Positions 1 through 8,098 of a stretch of 23,779 bases of DNA are shown here, piece by piece. Within the stretch, counting starts at the first letter, position 1. The number at the start of each line of letters is the position of its first letter. The notes under the pieces were generated by a model. That model worked only from the letters and a program-made list of their open reading frames with translations, had not been told where the DNA came from and did not search any database. Source of the DNA: Candidatus Methanomethylicia archaeon. GTDB lineage: Archaea > Thermoproteota > Methanomethylicia > Nezhaarchaeales > B40-G2. Both the position numbers and the translations under genes were made by a program. Where the stretch lies: the NCBI GenBank assembly GCA_029259155.1, contig JAPDJI010000033.1, positions 1 to 23,779 on the forward strand. Reading direction: 5' to 3'.

Positions 1-306
1 CTTCCTCATTCCAGGTTCAAGCTGCCCTAGGACTAGTTCCACGGAAAGTATGAAGAGCACTATACCAGCCGCGATCTTAAAGTCAGCCACCGACACGTTA
101 ATAGCATCGAAGAGCAAGCGACCCAGCAACATAAAGGCTAACAACACAACACCAGCCACTAGAACCGACTGTTTAGCTACTCTGCGACGTTCAGCGGAAG
201 TCATCCTAAAGGTGAAAGCCTGGAAGGCCGGTACGTTTCCGATGGCATCAAATACCACGAAGAGCATGATGAAAGCCTGCACGAAGCCAGCATAGTTCAA
301 GTACAT
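1..306 (-). CDS. marC: MarC family inner-membrane protein (N-terminal part; runs off the window start)
   Basis: Not in the ORF track. Manual translation from ATG at 306 gives MYLNYAGFVQAFIMLFVVFDAIGNVPAFQAFTFRMTSAERRRVAKQSVLVAGVVLLAFMLLGRLLFDAINVSVADFKIAAGIVLFILSVELVLG..., with no stop before base 1. It matches the MarC pattern (F-x-x-D-x-IGNVP, ERRR, F-K/R-IA-x-G-I-x-LF). Confidence 0.88.
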   Translation of the reverse strand, partial: MYLNYAGFVQAFIMLFVVFDAIGNVPAFQAFTFRMTSAERRRVAKQSVLVAGVVLLAFMLLGRLLFDAINVSVADFKIAAGIVLFILSVELVLGQLEPGMRK

Positions 307-375
307 CCTCTAGCTCCTAGCTTCACGCTTAGCTTTAAGCTTGGAGGCGGTAAGCTGATATCCCCCAACTGTCAG

Positions 376-384
376 TTTTTATAT
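376..384 (+). promoter_or_regulatory. TATA-box candidate (TTTTTATAT) upstream of the micro-ORF / yjbQ operon
   Basis: AT-rich TTTATAT element in otherwise GC-rich intergenic DNA. The standard ~25 nt spacing puts the TSS near 405-410, just before the SD at 417. Confidence 0.5.
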
Positions 385-433
385 CGGCTGAGGGCTGGGC
401 GGACCCTGTGATGTCTAGGAGGTGAAGCGATCG

Positions 434-475
434 GTGAGCGAAACCTTCTTTCCCGCCCGTTTAAGGGAGAAGTAA
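434..475 (+). CDS. Putative 13-aa micro-peptide / leader peptide MSETFFPARLREK
   Basis: Perfect SD AGGAGGTGA (417-425) lies 8 nt before GTG (434). TAA at 473-475, followed directly by two T6 tracts. Confidence 0.45.
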   Translation: MSETFFPARLREK

Positions 476-477
476 GC

Positions 478-495
478 TTTTTTGAAGCCTTTTTT
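478..495 (+). terminator. Tandem oligo-T terminator-like signal after the micro-ORF
   Basis: TTTTTTGAAGCCTTTTTT directly after the stop codon; archaeal terminators are U-tracts. The second tract could instead be part of a yjbQ promoter (TTTTTATG). Confidence 0.4.
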
Positions 496-520
496 ATGAA
501 CTGAGAGGAGGCGTCTTGAG

Positions 521-931
521 TTGAAGGTAGTTTTTAAGGAGCTTAGAGTCTCCACCAGCAACCTAATAGAGCTGGTTGACATAACGAGGCAGGTGGAAGA
601 GGCAGTTAGAGAAAGCGGCGTCGTTAACGGCCTATGCTTAGTTTATGCTCCTCACGCTACCGCCGCAATAGTTGCCAACGAACACGAGGCAGGGTTAATG
701 AGAGACATATTAAATAAACTTCAACAAGAGTATCCTAGAGGAGCCGGATGGCTTCATGACAGGATAGATGATAACGCCAACGCTCATTTAGCTTCAGCTT
801 TCATAGGGTCCTCAAGAACCTTCCCCGTCATGGATCGGAGGCTTGTTAGAGGAACCTGGCAAAACATCTTCCTAGTAGAGATGGATGGGCCCAGAAGTAG
901 GAGAATAGTCGTGGAGGTTCTAGGAGAGTGA
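521..931 (+). CDS. yjbQ: YjbQ/UPF0047 family protein (secondary thiamine-phosphate synthase family)
   Basis: Motifs DIT, PHATAAI-x-x-NE, DDNANAHL, GTWQ-x-IFLVEMDGPRSR. SD GAGGAGG upstream of TTG. Confidence 0.93.
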   Translation: MKVVFKELRVSTSNLIELVDITRQVEEAVRESGVVNGLCLVYAPHATAAIVANEHEAGLMRDILNKLQQEYPRGAGWLHDRIDDNANAHLASAFIGSSRTFPVMDRRLVRGTWQNIFLVEMDGPRSRRIVVEVLGE

Positions 932-1365
932 ACATGGACAAGGTTAAGCTTGTTAAGAAGGGGGAGGCGAAGCTTCAGAACTTAGTTGAAGCTGTTAAAA
1001 GCAGTGAAGGTTTCAGTGAGTGTGGTGCCATAGTTGCCTTTAACGGGGTTGTAAGGGGGGTAGGCCACGACGGATCTAAGGTGCTGAAGCTCTGTTATGA
1101 AGCTTACGAGGAAGCTGCTCTACAGAGCCTCAAAGCCATTAGGCAGAAGATACTGACAGGTAACCCAGAGGTTAAAGAGCTGGTAATATACCATGTCATC
1201 GATGAGCTGGAAAGCGGCGAGGACACAGTCTTCATAGTAGCAGCAGGAATGCATAGGAAGGAGACGTTTAAGGCTGTACTAGAGGCGCTAGAGATGGTTA
1301 AGACTGAGGCAGCTATATGGAAGAAGGAAGTTACAGTAAAAGGAGAAGCCTGGATAACTAGCTAG
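928..1365 (+). CDS. moaE: Molybdopterin synthase catalytic subunit MoaE
   Basis: GAIVAFNGVVR, L-x-YEAYEEAA, IYH-x-x-x-x-L-x-x-GE, HRKE-x-F, K-x-x-x-x-IWKKE. GTGA overlap with yjbQ; start may be ATG at 934. Confidence 0.92.
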   Translation: MNMDKVKLVKKGEAKLQNLVEAVKSSEGFSECGAIVAFNGVVRGVGHDGSKVLKLCYEAYEEAALQSLKAIRQKILTGNPEVKELVIYHVIDELESGEDTVFIVAAGMHRKETFKAVLEALEMVKTEAAIWKKEVTVKGEAWITS

Positions 1366-1418
1366 AGGCTCTAGGTTATTTTAAAGAGGAGGCTAAGAAA
1401 TAGGTCGGGAGAAGGCTC

Positions 1419-2630
1419 TTGTTAAACGTGGAGAAGATTAGGGAAGATTTTCCTATTCTTGAGACAGGCGTCATCTACCTCGATAGCACCGCTACCAGCC
1501 TAACACCCAAACAGGTATTGAGCGAGATGGAGAAGTACTACTTGGAGTATAGGGCTAATGTAGGTAGAGGTATTTACGAGCTGGCCGAGAGAGCTACCTC
1601 AGCCTATGAAGCAGCTAGGAAGCGGATTGCTTCGTTTATAAATGCGATTAAGGGGGAAGTGGTAATGGTGAAGAACACCACTGAAGCGATAAACCTCGTA
1701 GCTCATTCCTTGAAGTGGAGGAAAGGAGATAAAATCGTCACTACCCTGCTTGAACATCACTCAAACTATCTTCCCTGGCTACGCTGTGCTGAGCGTTATG
1801 GAGTAAAGGTAGAAGCTATCAAGCCTACCCCCCAAGGGATAATAGAGGTAGATGACCTCGAAAAAACAGTCGACGACTCCACTAAGCTAGTCGCGATGAC
1901 TCACGTCTCCAACGTGCTAGGTTCCATAACGCCTGTAGAGGAGGCGGCACGGATAGCTCATGAGCACGGAGCACTGCTCTTAATAGATGGAGCGCAATCC
2001 GTCCCCCATATTAAGGTGGACGTGGCTAAGCTTGGATGCGATTTCCTAGCTTTCTCGGGGCATAAAATGTGTGGGCCGACAGGGTCAGGAGCTCTCTACA
2101 TAAGCAGAGAAGCCTGGGAGGAGTTAGACCCTGTCTTTGTGGGAGGAGGTACCGTGGAGAGCGTAGAGGAGGGAAGGTTCACTTTGCTTAAAGGACCAGC
2201 AAGGTTTGAAGCAGGCACCCCTGGAATAGCTGAGGCGATAGGCTTGAAGAGAGCTGTGGAGTACTTGGACGCATTGAACATGGATCACGTGGTGAGGCAC
2301 GAAAGGAGGCTAGGGGAGAGAATGTATGAAGGTCTATGCAGCATGGAGGGCGTTGAGGTTTATGGGCCTGAGCCTAAGTATAAGCTCGGCATCACCTCCT
2401 TCAACGTGGAAGGGTTAGACCCTCATGAGGTTGCCTTAATCCTAGACGCATCAGCCAAGATAGCTGTGAGGTCAGGAATGCACTGTGCTCAGCCTCTGAT
2501 TAAGCAAGTATTGAAGCAGCCAAAGGGAACCGTTAGAGCCTCGCTTTACATCTATAACACCAAGGAAGAAGTGGAGAAGTTTCTCTCAGCCATGGAAGAA
2601 CTTACTCGCTCAGCGCTTAAGCGTAAATAA
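1419..2630 (+). CDS. sufS: Cysteine desulfurase, group II (SufS/CsdA-like), PLP-dependent
   Basis: IREDFPIL, IYLDSTAT, EHHSN, DGAQS, SGHKM (PLP lysine), RFEAGTP, RSGMHCAQP (group II catalytic Cys motif), RASLYIYNT. Confidence 0.93.
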   Translation: MLNVEKIREDFPILETGVIYLDSTATSLTPKQVLSEMEKYYLEYRANVGRGIYELAERATSAYEAARKRIASFINAIKGEVVMVKNTTEAINLVAHSLKWRKGDKIVTTLLEHHSNYLPWLRCAERYGVKVEAIKPTPQGIIEVDDLEKTVDDSTKLVAMTHVSNVLGSITPVEEAARIAHEHGALLLIDGAQSVPHIKVDVAKLGCDFLAFSGHKMCGPTGSGALYISREAWEELDPVFVGGGTVESVEEGRFTLLKGPARFEAGTPGIAEAIGLKRAVEYLDALNMDHVVRHERRLGERMYEGLCSMEGVEVYGPEPKYKLGITSFNVEGLDPHEVALILDASAKIAVRSGMHCAQPLIKQVLKQPKGTVRASLYIYNTKEEVEKFLSAMEELTRSALKRK

Positions 2631-2642
2631 CGGTGCTAGTTT

Positions 2643-3434
2643 TTGACCGAGCTTAAATTAACCCTTATACAGTTCGCGAGGAGGTCTTCCCCCTCCGAAA
2701 ACCTTGAACGCATGTTAAGCCTGCTACGTTCATCTTCAAACACTCATTTAATCGTGCTTCCCGAGAACTGGTACTATACCGGCATACTCCCTATTGATGA
2801 GTATCGAAAGCTAACGGATAGACTTAGCGAGTTCGTAGAAGAGGAGGGGTCTACGCTCGTTATAGGTGCGCACTATGTGAGTGATGGAGAAACCGCTGTA
2901 AGTAGAGGCGCCGTAATATCAACGGGCAACGTTTGGATCGAATACGAGAAACACCATCCTTCCTCAGCGGTAGGTGAACGAAGCTTCCTAAGGCCTGGAG
3001 ACAAGATTGCCTTAACCACCGTGAAAGGTGTGAAAGTGGGGGTCGTGGTGTGCGTGGACTTAATGTACCCTGAAGTCGTTAGAGGGCTCGCATTAAGGGG
3101 AGCTGAGCTCGTAGTTAACCCAGCTAGTATACCTGTGGATAGGGTGAAACTATGGAGACATATAGGCGCTGCGAGAGCTGCCGAGAACACTTTATTCTTA
3201 GCTTCAGTGAACAACACGTCAACGATGTACCCTGATAGCAGGCCTGTAATGGGAGGAAGCTTCGTGGCTTCACCGGAGGGCTCAATAATACTTGATGCAG
3301 GGGAAGAGGAGGGTGCATATACTGTGACCTTGGATACAACGTGGATAGACACCGTGAGACGTAGGTGGAGCTTCCTGCTGGACGTAAAGTGCCGAAGACA
3401 AGAGTTTCTACGTAGATATTACTTGTTTAACTGA
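2643..3434 (+). CDS. Carbon-nitrogen hydrolase (nitrilase/amidase superfamily)
   Basis: Glu-Lys-Cys triad in LPEN, YEKHH and VCVDLMYPE; also ARAAEN and GGS-x-x-x-x-P-x-G. Confidence 0.9.
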   Translation: MTELKLTLIQFARRSSPSENLERMLSLLRSSSNTHLIVLPENWYYTGILPIDEYRKLTDRLSEFVEEEGSTLVIGAHYVSDGETAVSRGAVISTGNVWIEYEKHHPSSAVGERSFLRPGDKIALTTVKGVKVGVVVCVDLMYPEVVRGLALRGAELVVNPASIPVDRVKLWRHIGAARAAENTLFLASVNNTSTMYPDSRPVMGGSFVASPEGSIILDAGEEEGAYTVTLDTTWIDTVRRRWSFLLDVKCRRQEFLRRYYLFN

Positions 3435-3917
3435 GCGAAGAAGGACCTCTAGGCCTTCACCTCAGTTGCACATTATCTGGATCAAGCTGTTCTAAGCCCT
3501 GCTCTGTCTCAGTGGGCTTGTAATACCAGCTCTCTGGAGCCGGGAACATGGACAGCAACATCATTTAAAGTAGAGAGACAGGGCGGAATACCGTCTCAGT
3601 AGGGGTGAGCCACATGGACGATGTAGACAGGATGTGGACAGAACTTGAGACGTTTACATTAAACTAGCGCAGCACCAAGTCAGAGAGGCTTAGAGAGCTT
3701 GACCTGTAAGTTAAGGGTTACTAGCTTCAAGGTCTCTTGCACCAAAATCCATGCGTCAAAGTTGAAAAACAGTTTTAGCAGCCTTGATTGAGCCCTAAGA
3801 GCCAAGGTGTAGACGTATATATCTGGTCGAGGGAGGATAGCAGTTAAAGAAGTGGTAGACGTGATTATGATGAAACACTTAGCTAAAAACATATTCCTAT
3901 GTTGGAGGAAATCCTAG

Positions 3918-5483
3918 TTGATGCTGTGGAGCCATGACAGAGTACCTCGCACTATGTCTACTCAGCACCCAGACAACGCCAGAGCCCCCTACTGGTGTAG
4001 AAGGGAAGTGATACAGGGAGAGGACGAAGTGTATGAGGCATTCTTTGCCTTCAGCGAGCTTAAGTGCAACGAGGTGATGTGGGATTCTGAAGGCAAAGAT
4101 GTGGATACCCACGTAGTCAGGAAACTTTTGTCCTCACAGCCTGATTTCTTTAGGGAACACGTTCTTGGACAAGATCTTTTCCTAACCTATAGGGTTCCCA
4201 ATCCTAAGATAGAGGCCGCTGAGCGAAAGACTGTGGCTGAGACACTGTTAAACGTGGCTGTAGGATACGATGTAGCCTCAACTTTCTACGGGAAGGAGGT
4301 AGCACCTATCTTCGAGGTTATACTACCCTTCACCACTAGTTGGGAGGAAGTAGTTGGGTTACACCAATATTACAAGGCGTTGGTAAGCCACGTTGAGATT
4401 GCCAAGACTAAGTTGGCGGAGTGGATGGGTTGGTTTAACCCTAGAGAGGTTAACGTTATCCCCCTCATAGAGGATAAGGAAAGCCTACTTTCAGTCGATT
4501 CAATAGTGGCTCCGTACGTTAAGAAGATAGGTAGCAGAAGGATAAGGGTCTTCATAGCTAGGTCCGACCCAGCCTTAAACTACGGGTTAGCTTGCGCCGT
4601 GGTCCTAGCGAAGATAGCTCTCTCAAAGATGAAAAAGCTTGAAGTGGAAGAAGGAATAGAGATATACCCAATCATAGGGGTAGGCTCACTACCTTTCAGA
4701 GGGCATCTATCCCCGCGCAATCTTCAAGGCTTCATGAACGAGTATAGAGGAGTATACACGGTTACAGTACAATCAGCGCTAAAATACGACTACGCACTGG
4801 AAGAAACGCAGAGAACGGTGGATGAGCTCAACCGTAAGCTCCCTAACGGTGAAGCGGTAGAGCTCGAGGTAGAGGAAAACCTACTTCAAACGCTTGAGAA
4901 GCTTAAGTCAGCTTATGAAGAAGAGGTGGAGCGTCTAGCCCCACTGATCAATGCTGTGGCTTTATACGTACCTCCCAGAAGAGCTAGGAGACTTCATATA
5001 GGCCTCTTCGGCTATAGCAGAGGAGTTAGAGGAGTTAGACTTCCTAGAGCCATTCCGTTTACCTGCGCCCTCTACTCGCTCGGGATCCCTCCGGAGTTTA
5101 TAGGATTGAGAGCTTTAACCGATTTAAACGAAGCTGAATGGAGGACGTTAAGGCAAGGATACTTGAACATGATTAACGATCTACGCGAAGCTGCAGGATA
5201 CGTATCCTATAGAAACCTCGACCTGTTACAAGAGGAAGCAGGCAGGCTTGCCAAGAAAGTCTCGATGAGTGAAGAAAACCTGAAGAAGATTTTCGAGCTA
5301 TTTTTGGACAGCTTGAAAGTAGTCGAGGAAAACCTGAACGTTAAACTGGGTCCTAAAACTTACTCCGAAAAACGACATGAAAACACCGTCAACAACTTCC
5401 TACTGGCCTTCCTTGAAGGAGACAGCGAAGCTGCTAGAAGATATCTGCTTGAGGCAGCTATCATCAGGAGAAGCTTAGGCTAA
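3918..5483 (+). CDS. ppcA: Archaeal-type phosphoenolpyruvate carboxylase
   Basis: PRTMSTQHPDN, MWDSEGK, FIARSDPALNYG, GSLPFRGHL, TVQSA, RARRLHIGLFGYSR, LPRAI, C-terminal R-x-SLG. About 520 aa; SD GGAGG at 3904. Confidence 0.97.
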   Translation: MMLWSHDRVPRTMSTQHPDNARAPYWCRREVIQGEDEVYEAFFAFSELKCNEVMWDSEGKDVDTHVVRKLLSSQPDFFREHVLGQDLFLTYRVPNPKIEAAERKTVAETLLNVAVGYDVASTFYGKEVAPIFEVILPFTTSWEEVVGLHQYYKALVSHVEIAKTKLAEWMGWFNPREVNVIPLIEDKESLLSVDSIVAPYVKKIGSRRIRVFIARSDPALNYGLACAVVLAKIALSKMKKLEVEEGIEIYPIIGVGSLPFRGHLSPRNLQGFMNEYRGVYTVTVQSALKYDYALEETQRTVDELNRKLPNGEAVELEVEENLLQTLEKLKSAYEEEVERLAPLINAVALYVPPRRARRLHIGLFGYSRGVRGVRLPRAIPFTCALYSLGIPPEFIGLRALTDLNEAEWRTLRQGYLNMINDLREAAGYVSYRNLDLLQEEAGRLAKKVSMSEENLKKIFELFLDSLKVVEENLNVKLGPKTYSEKRHENTVNNFLLAFLEGDSEAARRYLLEAAIIRRSLG

Positions 5484-5755
5484 CGTGGAAAAACAATACG
5501 ATGCCGTAAGGACTTTTAACGGAGGCAACTTCTGTGTGTAATTCATGGTATAGAGGGCGTCCTCTAAAAACTCGAGAACGAGATAAAGATGACTTGAAAA
5601 CCCGTCTTTAAGGGTTTAGGCTCATAGGGAAGTGTAAGCACTTTAAGCTATGGTCTAGGAGATAGGAGATAAGCTGGTCTTCTGAGTGAGTGGATATCTT
5701 AAGGTAGAGGGTTTGTTCGCATCAAAGCGAGGCTCAAGAAATAAAGGACGAGAGA

Positions 5756-6553
5756 TTACCTTCCCTTCCACTCAGGCTTGCGCTTCTCTAGGAAGGCCTT
5801 AACACCTTCATTAAAGTCTTCGCTCGTACTACACAGCGTGAAGGCCTCTGTCTCGTAGGCCAGCCCAGACAGAAGCAAGGACTCCTGTGAGCGGTTGATA
5901 GCTGCCTTAACCATTTTAAGGGCTACGGGGCTCTTTGACTTTAACTTGTTGACCAGCTCTATGACGGTTTCCTTAAGTTTGTCGAAGGGCACGGTCTTGT
6001 TTACTATGCCTAATCTCTCTGCTTCCTTCGCGTCTATTAGGTCACCGGTCATAGCTAGCTCCATGGCCTTCTTGATACCTACATGTCTGGGAAGCAGCTG
6101 AGTTCCTCCTCCTCCAGGTATGGCGGCTATGTTTACCTCGGGTTGTCCAAACCTCGCATTCTCGGAGGCAATAGCTAAGTCACAGGTCATGGTAAGCTCG
6201 CAGCCTGCTCCAAGAGCATAACCGTTAACCATAGCTATGACCGGCTTACCCATGCCCCTAATCCTATTGAGTACGCGTTCACGGTAGCTGATGGTAAACT
6301 CCCGTCGCTTGATTGGAGGGAGCACTACAAACTGGTTGATGTCTATGCCTGCGCAGAATGCCTTCTCCCCCTCTCCAGTTATCACCAGGACCTTGATGTC
6401 CTCATCCTTCTCCGCGTCCTCTAACGCCGAGGCAAGCTCGTTGATAGCCTCAACGTTCAGCGTGTTGAGCACCTTGGGCCTGTTGATGGTTATCCAAGCT
6501 ACGCCGTCTTCTTTAACGTAGTTTATCTGACTGTAGCTGGACATGGAGGTCAC
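5756..6553 (-). CDS. Enoyl-CoA hydratase/isomerase (crotonase) family protein
   Basis: ITINRP, AFCAGIDI, KPVIAMVNGYALGAGCEL, FGQPE (both catalytic Glu present), PGGGGTQ, EG-x-x-AFLEKRKP. Start may be ATG at 6544. Confidence 0.95.
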   Translation of the reverse strand: MTSMSSYSQINYVKEDGVAWITINRPKVLNTLNVEAINELASALEDAEKDEDIKVLVITGEGEKAFCAGIDINQFVVLPPIKRREFTISYRERVLNRIRGMGKPVIAMVNGYALGAGCELTMTCDLAIASENARFGQPEVNIAAIPGGGGTQLLPRHVGIKKAMELAMTGDLIDAKEAERLGIVNKTVPFDKLKETVIELVNKLKSKSPVALKMVKAAINRSQESLLLSGLAYETEAFTLCSTSEDFNEGVKAFLEKRKPEWKGR

Positions 6554-6597
6554 TGAGCTACTCTATAATGGCTAGCGTTTTAAGTGTTCATGAAGAG

Positions 6598-7035
6598 CTA
6601 GGTTACTTTACGCAATAATTTCCTAACTTCGTTCATAAACCATTCTCTAGCTTCCTCTCCTTTACGTAGGTGAGCCAAGTCTTCCTCCAAGTTGCTCGGC
6701 TTAACCAAAACTATCCAGCCTTTTCCGTACGGGTCTTCGTTAATCAAGGAGGGCCTCCTCAAAACCTCCTCATTAACCTCAACCACCACTCCGGTAATAG
6801 GAGCGTTCACGAAGCCCACCCATTTACGTGATTCAAGGCTTACCAAAGGCTTCCCTCTCAATACGTGAGCGCCAGGCCTCAGAGGGTTGACATAGATGAT
6901 GCGCCCCGCTGCCCTCTGAGCCACGTCATCAACACCGATCCTCGCTAGATCACCCTCCACCTTAAGCCAAGCATGGGTGTCTTCATAGTAAAGGTCTTCT
7001 CGAAACTCGGCTTCGAGCTCCAACGCCCATTTCAC
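6598..7035 (-). CDS. Glycine-cleavage H-like lipoyl-carrier protein (paralog 1)
   Basis: DLYY-x-x-x-HAW, ARIGVDD, LESRKWVG (lipoyl Lys codon at 6825-6823), AP-x-x-G-x-V-x-x-VN, INEDPYGKGW. Likely true start is TTG at 7023, 8 nt after SD AGGTGA. Confidence 0.92.
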   Translation of the reverse strand: MKWALELEAEFREDLYYEDTHAWLKVEGDLARIGVDDVAQRAAGRIIYVNPLRPGAHVLRGKPLVSLESRKWVGFVNAPITGVVVEVNEEVLRRPSLINEDPYGKGWIVLVKPSNLEEDLAHLRKGEEAREWFMNEVRKLLRKVT

Positions 7036-8021
7036 CTATTCACGTCGATATACACCTGTGAACAACAAGTTGGAAGAAAGACATAGCTAAGATTAAAGGC
7101 TTTAGCCTTCTCCAAGGCCCTCTCTGAAGGGAAAGCTATGGCATTGACGCCTGCCTCAATGGCTAGTTTGTCGGTTTCATTCCTATGATCACCCTTAGGC
7201 CTAGCACAGCCTAGTGCTAGAGGTACATTAGGCATCATTAACCTTGCAGCTGCTAGCACTCTTACCACACTACTCGGGGAGGGGGGAGAAACGTTTTCCA
7301 TTGGTGTGCCCGGTAGAGGGATGAGGGCTATCACGACCACCGCTGAAGGGTTGTGTTCGGCGATTATCTTTAACGCTCTTAGTTCACCTCTCAGCTCACC
7401 GTAATGCAGTCCTACAAGCACATGGGGGATCATGGGTACCTTGTAGCGTTCAAGCAGCGTCAACGATTCTTCATAGTCCTTCACAGAAGCTTTGAGGTGG
7501 TAGACTTGTTTGATAGTCTCCTCGTCACCTATGATGTCTAGGAGAGCTCCGTCCACCCCTGCTTCAGCTAGCCCTTTGGCTACTTCTTCACTCACTAGGC
7601 CTGTATGGACAACCACTGTCAATCCGAGCTGCTTCTTGATCTTAGCTATAGTTTCAAGAAAGCGTTCGAGAGGCACTCTCCCGTTACTGAGGCATCCTCC
7701 ACTAACCAACACGCCGCGGCCGCCTTTCTCCTTCACTTTCTTACAAGCCTCAAATAAAGCGTCAGGAGTAATGGTGGGAATCATGGACGTTAAGAGCGAG
7801 GCGTCACAGTGTTCACATCGTAGAGCACAGAAATCCCCGGTTACCGAGAAAGATGGAAAAGGACAGCCAACGTTACGGTAATTGCTGATCTCATAGTAGA
7901 TGAAACTCGGAGTATACAGCAGTAGTTTCTTACCGAAGTTAGCCCAGCTAATCCTCCTCGAAGTAGCTAAGACCTCCTCCAAGCTGGTTTCGGCTGGGTC
8001 AAGAGCCTCTTCAGGCTTCAA
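7032..8021 (-). CDS. lipS1: Radical SAM protein, LipS1-type (Thermococcus-type lipoyl synthase subunit)
   Basis: CxxxCxxC (CALRCEHC) plus LGCARP and C-terminal TCCS, matching the GC(M/A)R and CC motifs described for LipS1. Flanked by two lipoyl-carrier genes. Confidence 0.82.
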   Translation of the reverse strand: MKPEEALDPAETSLEEVLATSRRISWANFGKKLLLYTPSFIYYEISNYRNVGCPFPSFSVTGDFCALRCEHCDASLLTSMIPTITPDALFEACKKVKEKGGRGVLVSGGCLSNGRVPLERFLETIAKIKKQLGLTVVVHTGLVSEEVAKGLAEAGVDGALLDIIGDEETIKQVYHLKASVKDYEESLTLLERYKVPMIPHVLVGLHYGELRGELRALKIIAEHNPSAVVVIALIPLPGTPMENVSPPSPSSVVRVLAAARLMMPNVPLALGCARPKGDHRNETDKLAIEAGVNAIAFPSERALEKAKAFNLSYVFLPTCCSQVYIDVNR

Positions 8022-8047
8022 GGTAGATGTCGAGCTAACTAACTAGA

Positions 8048-8063
8048 TGAAAAGCTATATATT
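8048..8063. promoter_or_regulatory. Divergent promoter region (BRE/TATA-like GAAAAGCTATATATTC) between lipS1 and carrier paralog 2
   Basis: Purine-rich run followed by TATATAT in the short divergent gap; could serve either strand. Confidence 0.45.
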
Positions 8064-8098
8064 CTACACGTCGGCTAATGGGTGCCGGGTGTAAGACC

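Noticed and set aside
50-295. 81-aa plus-strand ORF
   Set aside because: Antisense shadow of the marC gene, which has clear family motifs.
417-449. Archaeal SECIS-like hairpin (GAA internal loop)
   Set aside because: No in-frame UGA at a catalytic position in neighbouring genes; loop geometry does not match the GAA/A plus three G-C pairs consensus.
3680-3892. 70-aa minus-strand ORF upstream of ppcA
   Set aside because: No SD, no recognisable motif, atypical composition; not supportable as a gene.
7032-8021. Biotin synthase (BioB) or classical LipA call
   Set aside because: Lacks the LipA CX4CX5C motif and BioB YNHNL-type motif; has LipS1-type GCAR and CC motifs and lipoyl-carrier neighbours.
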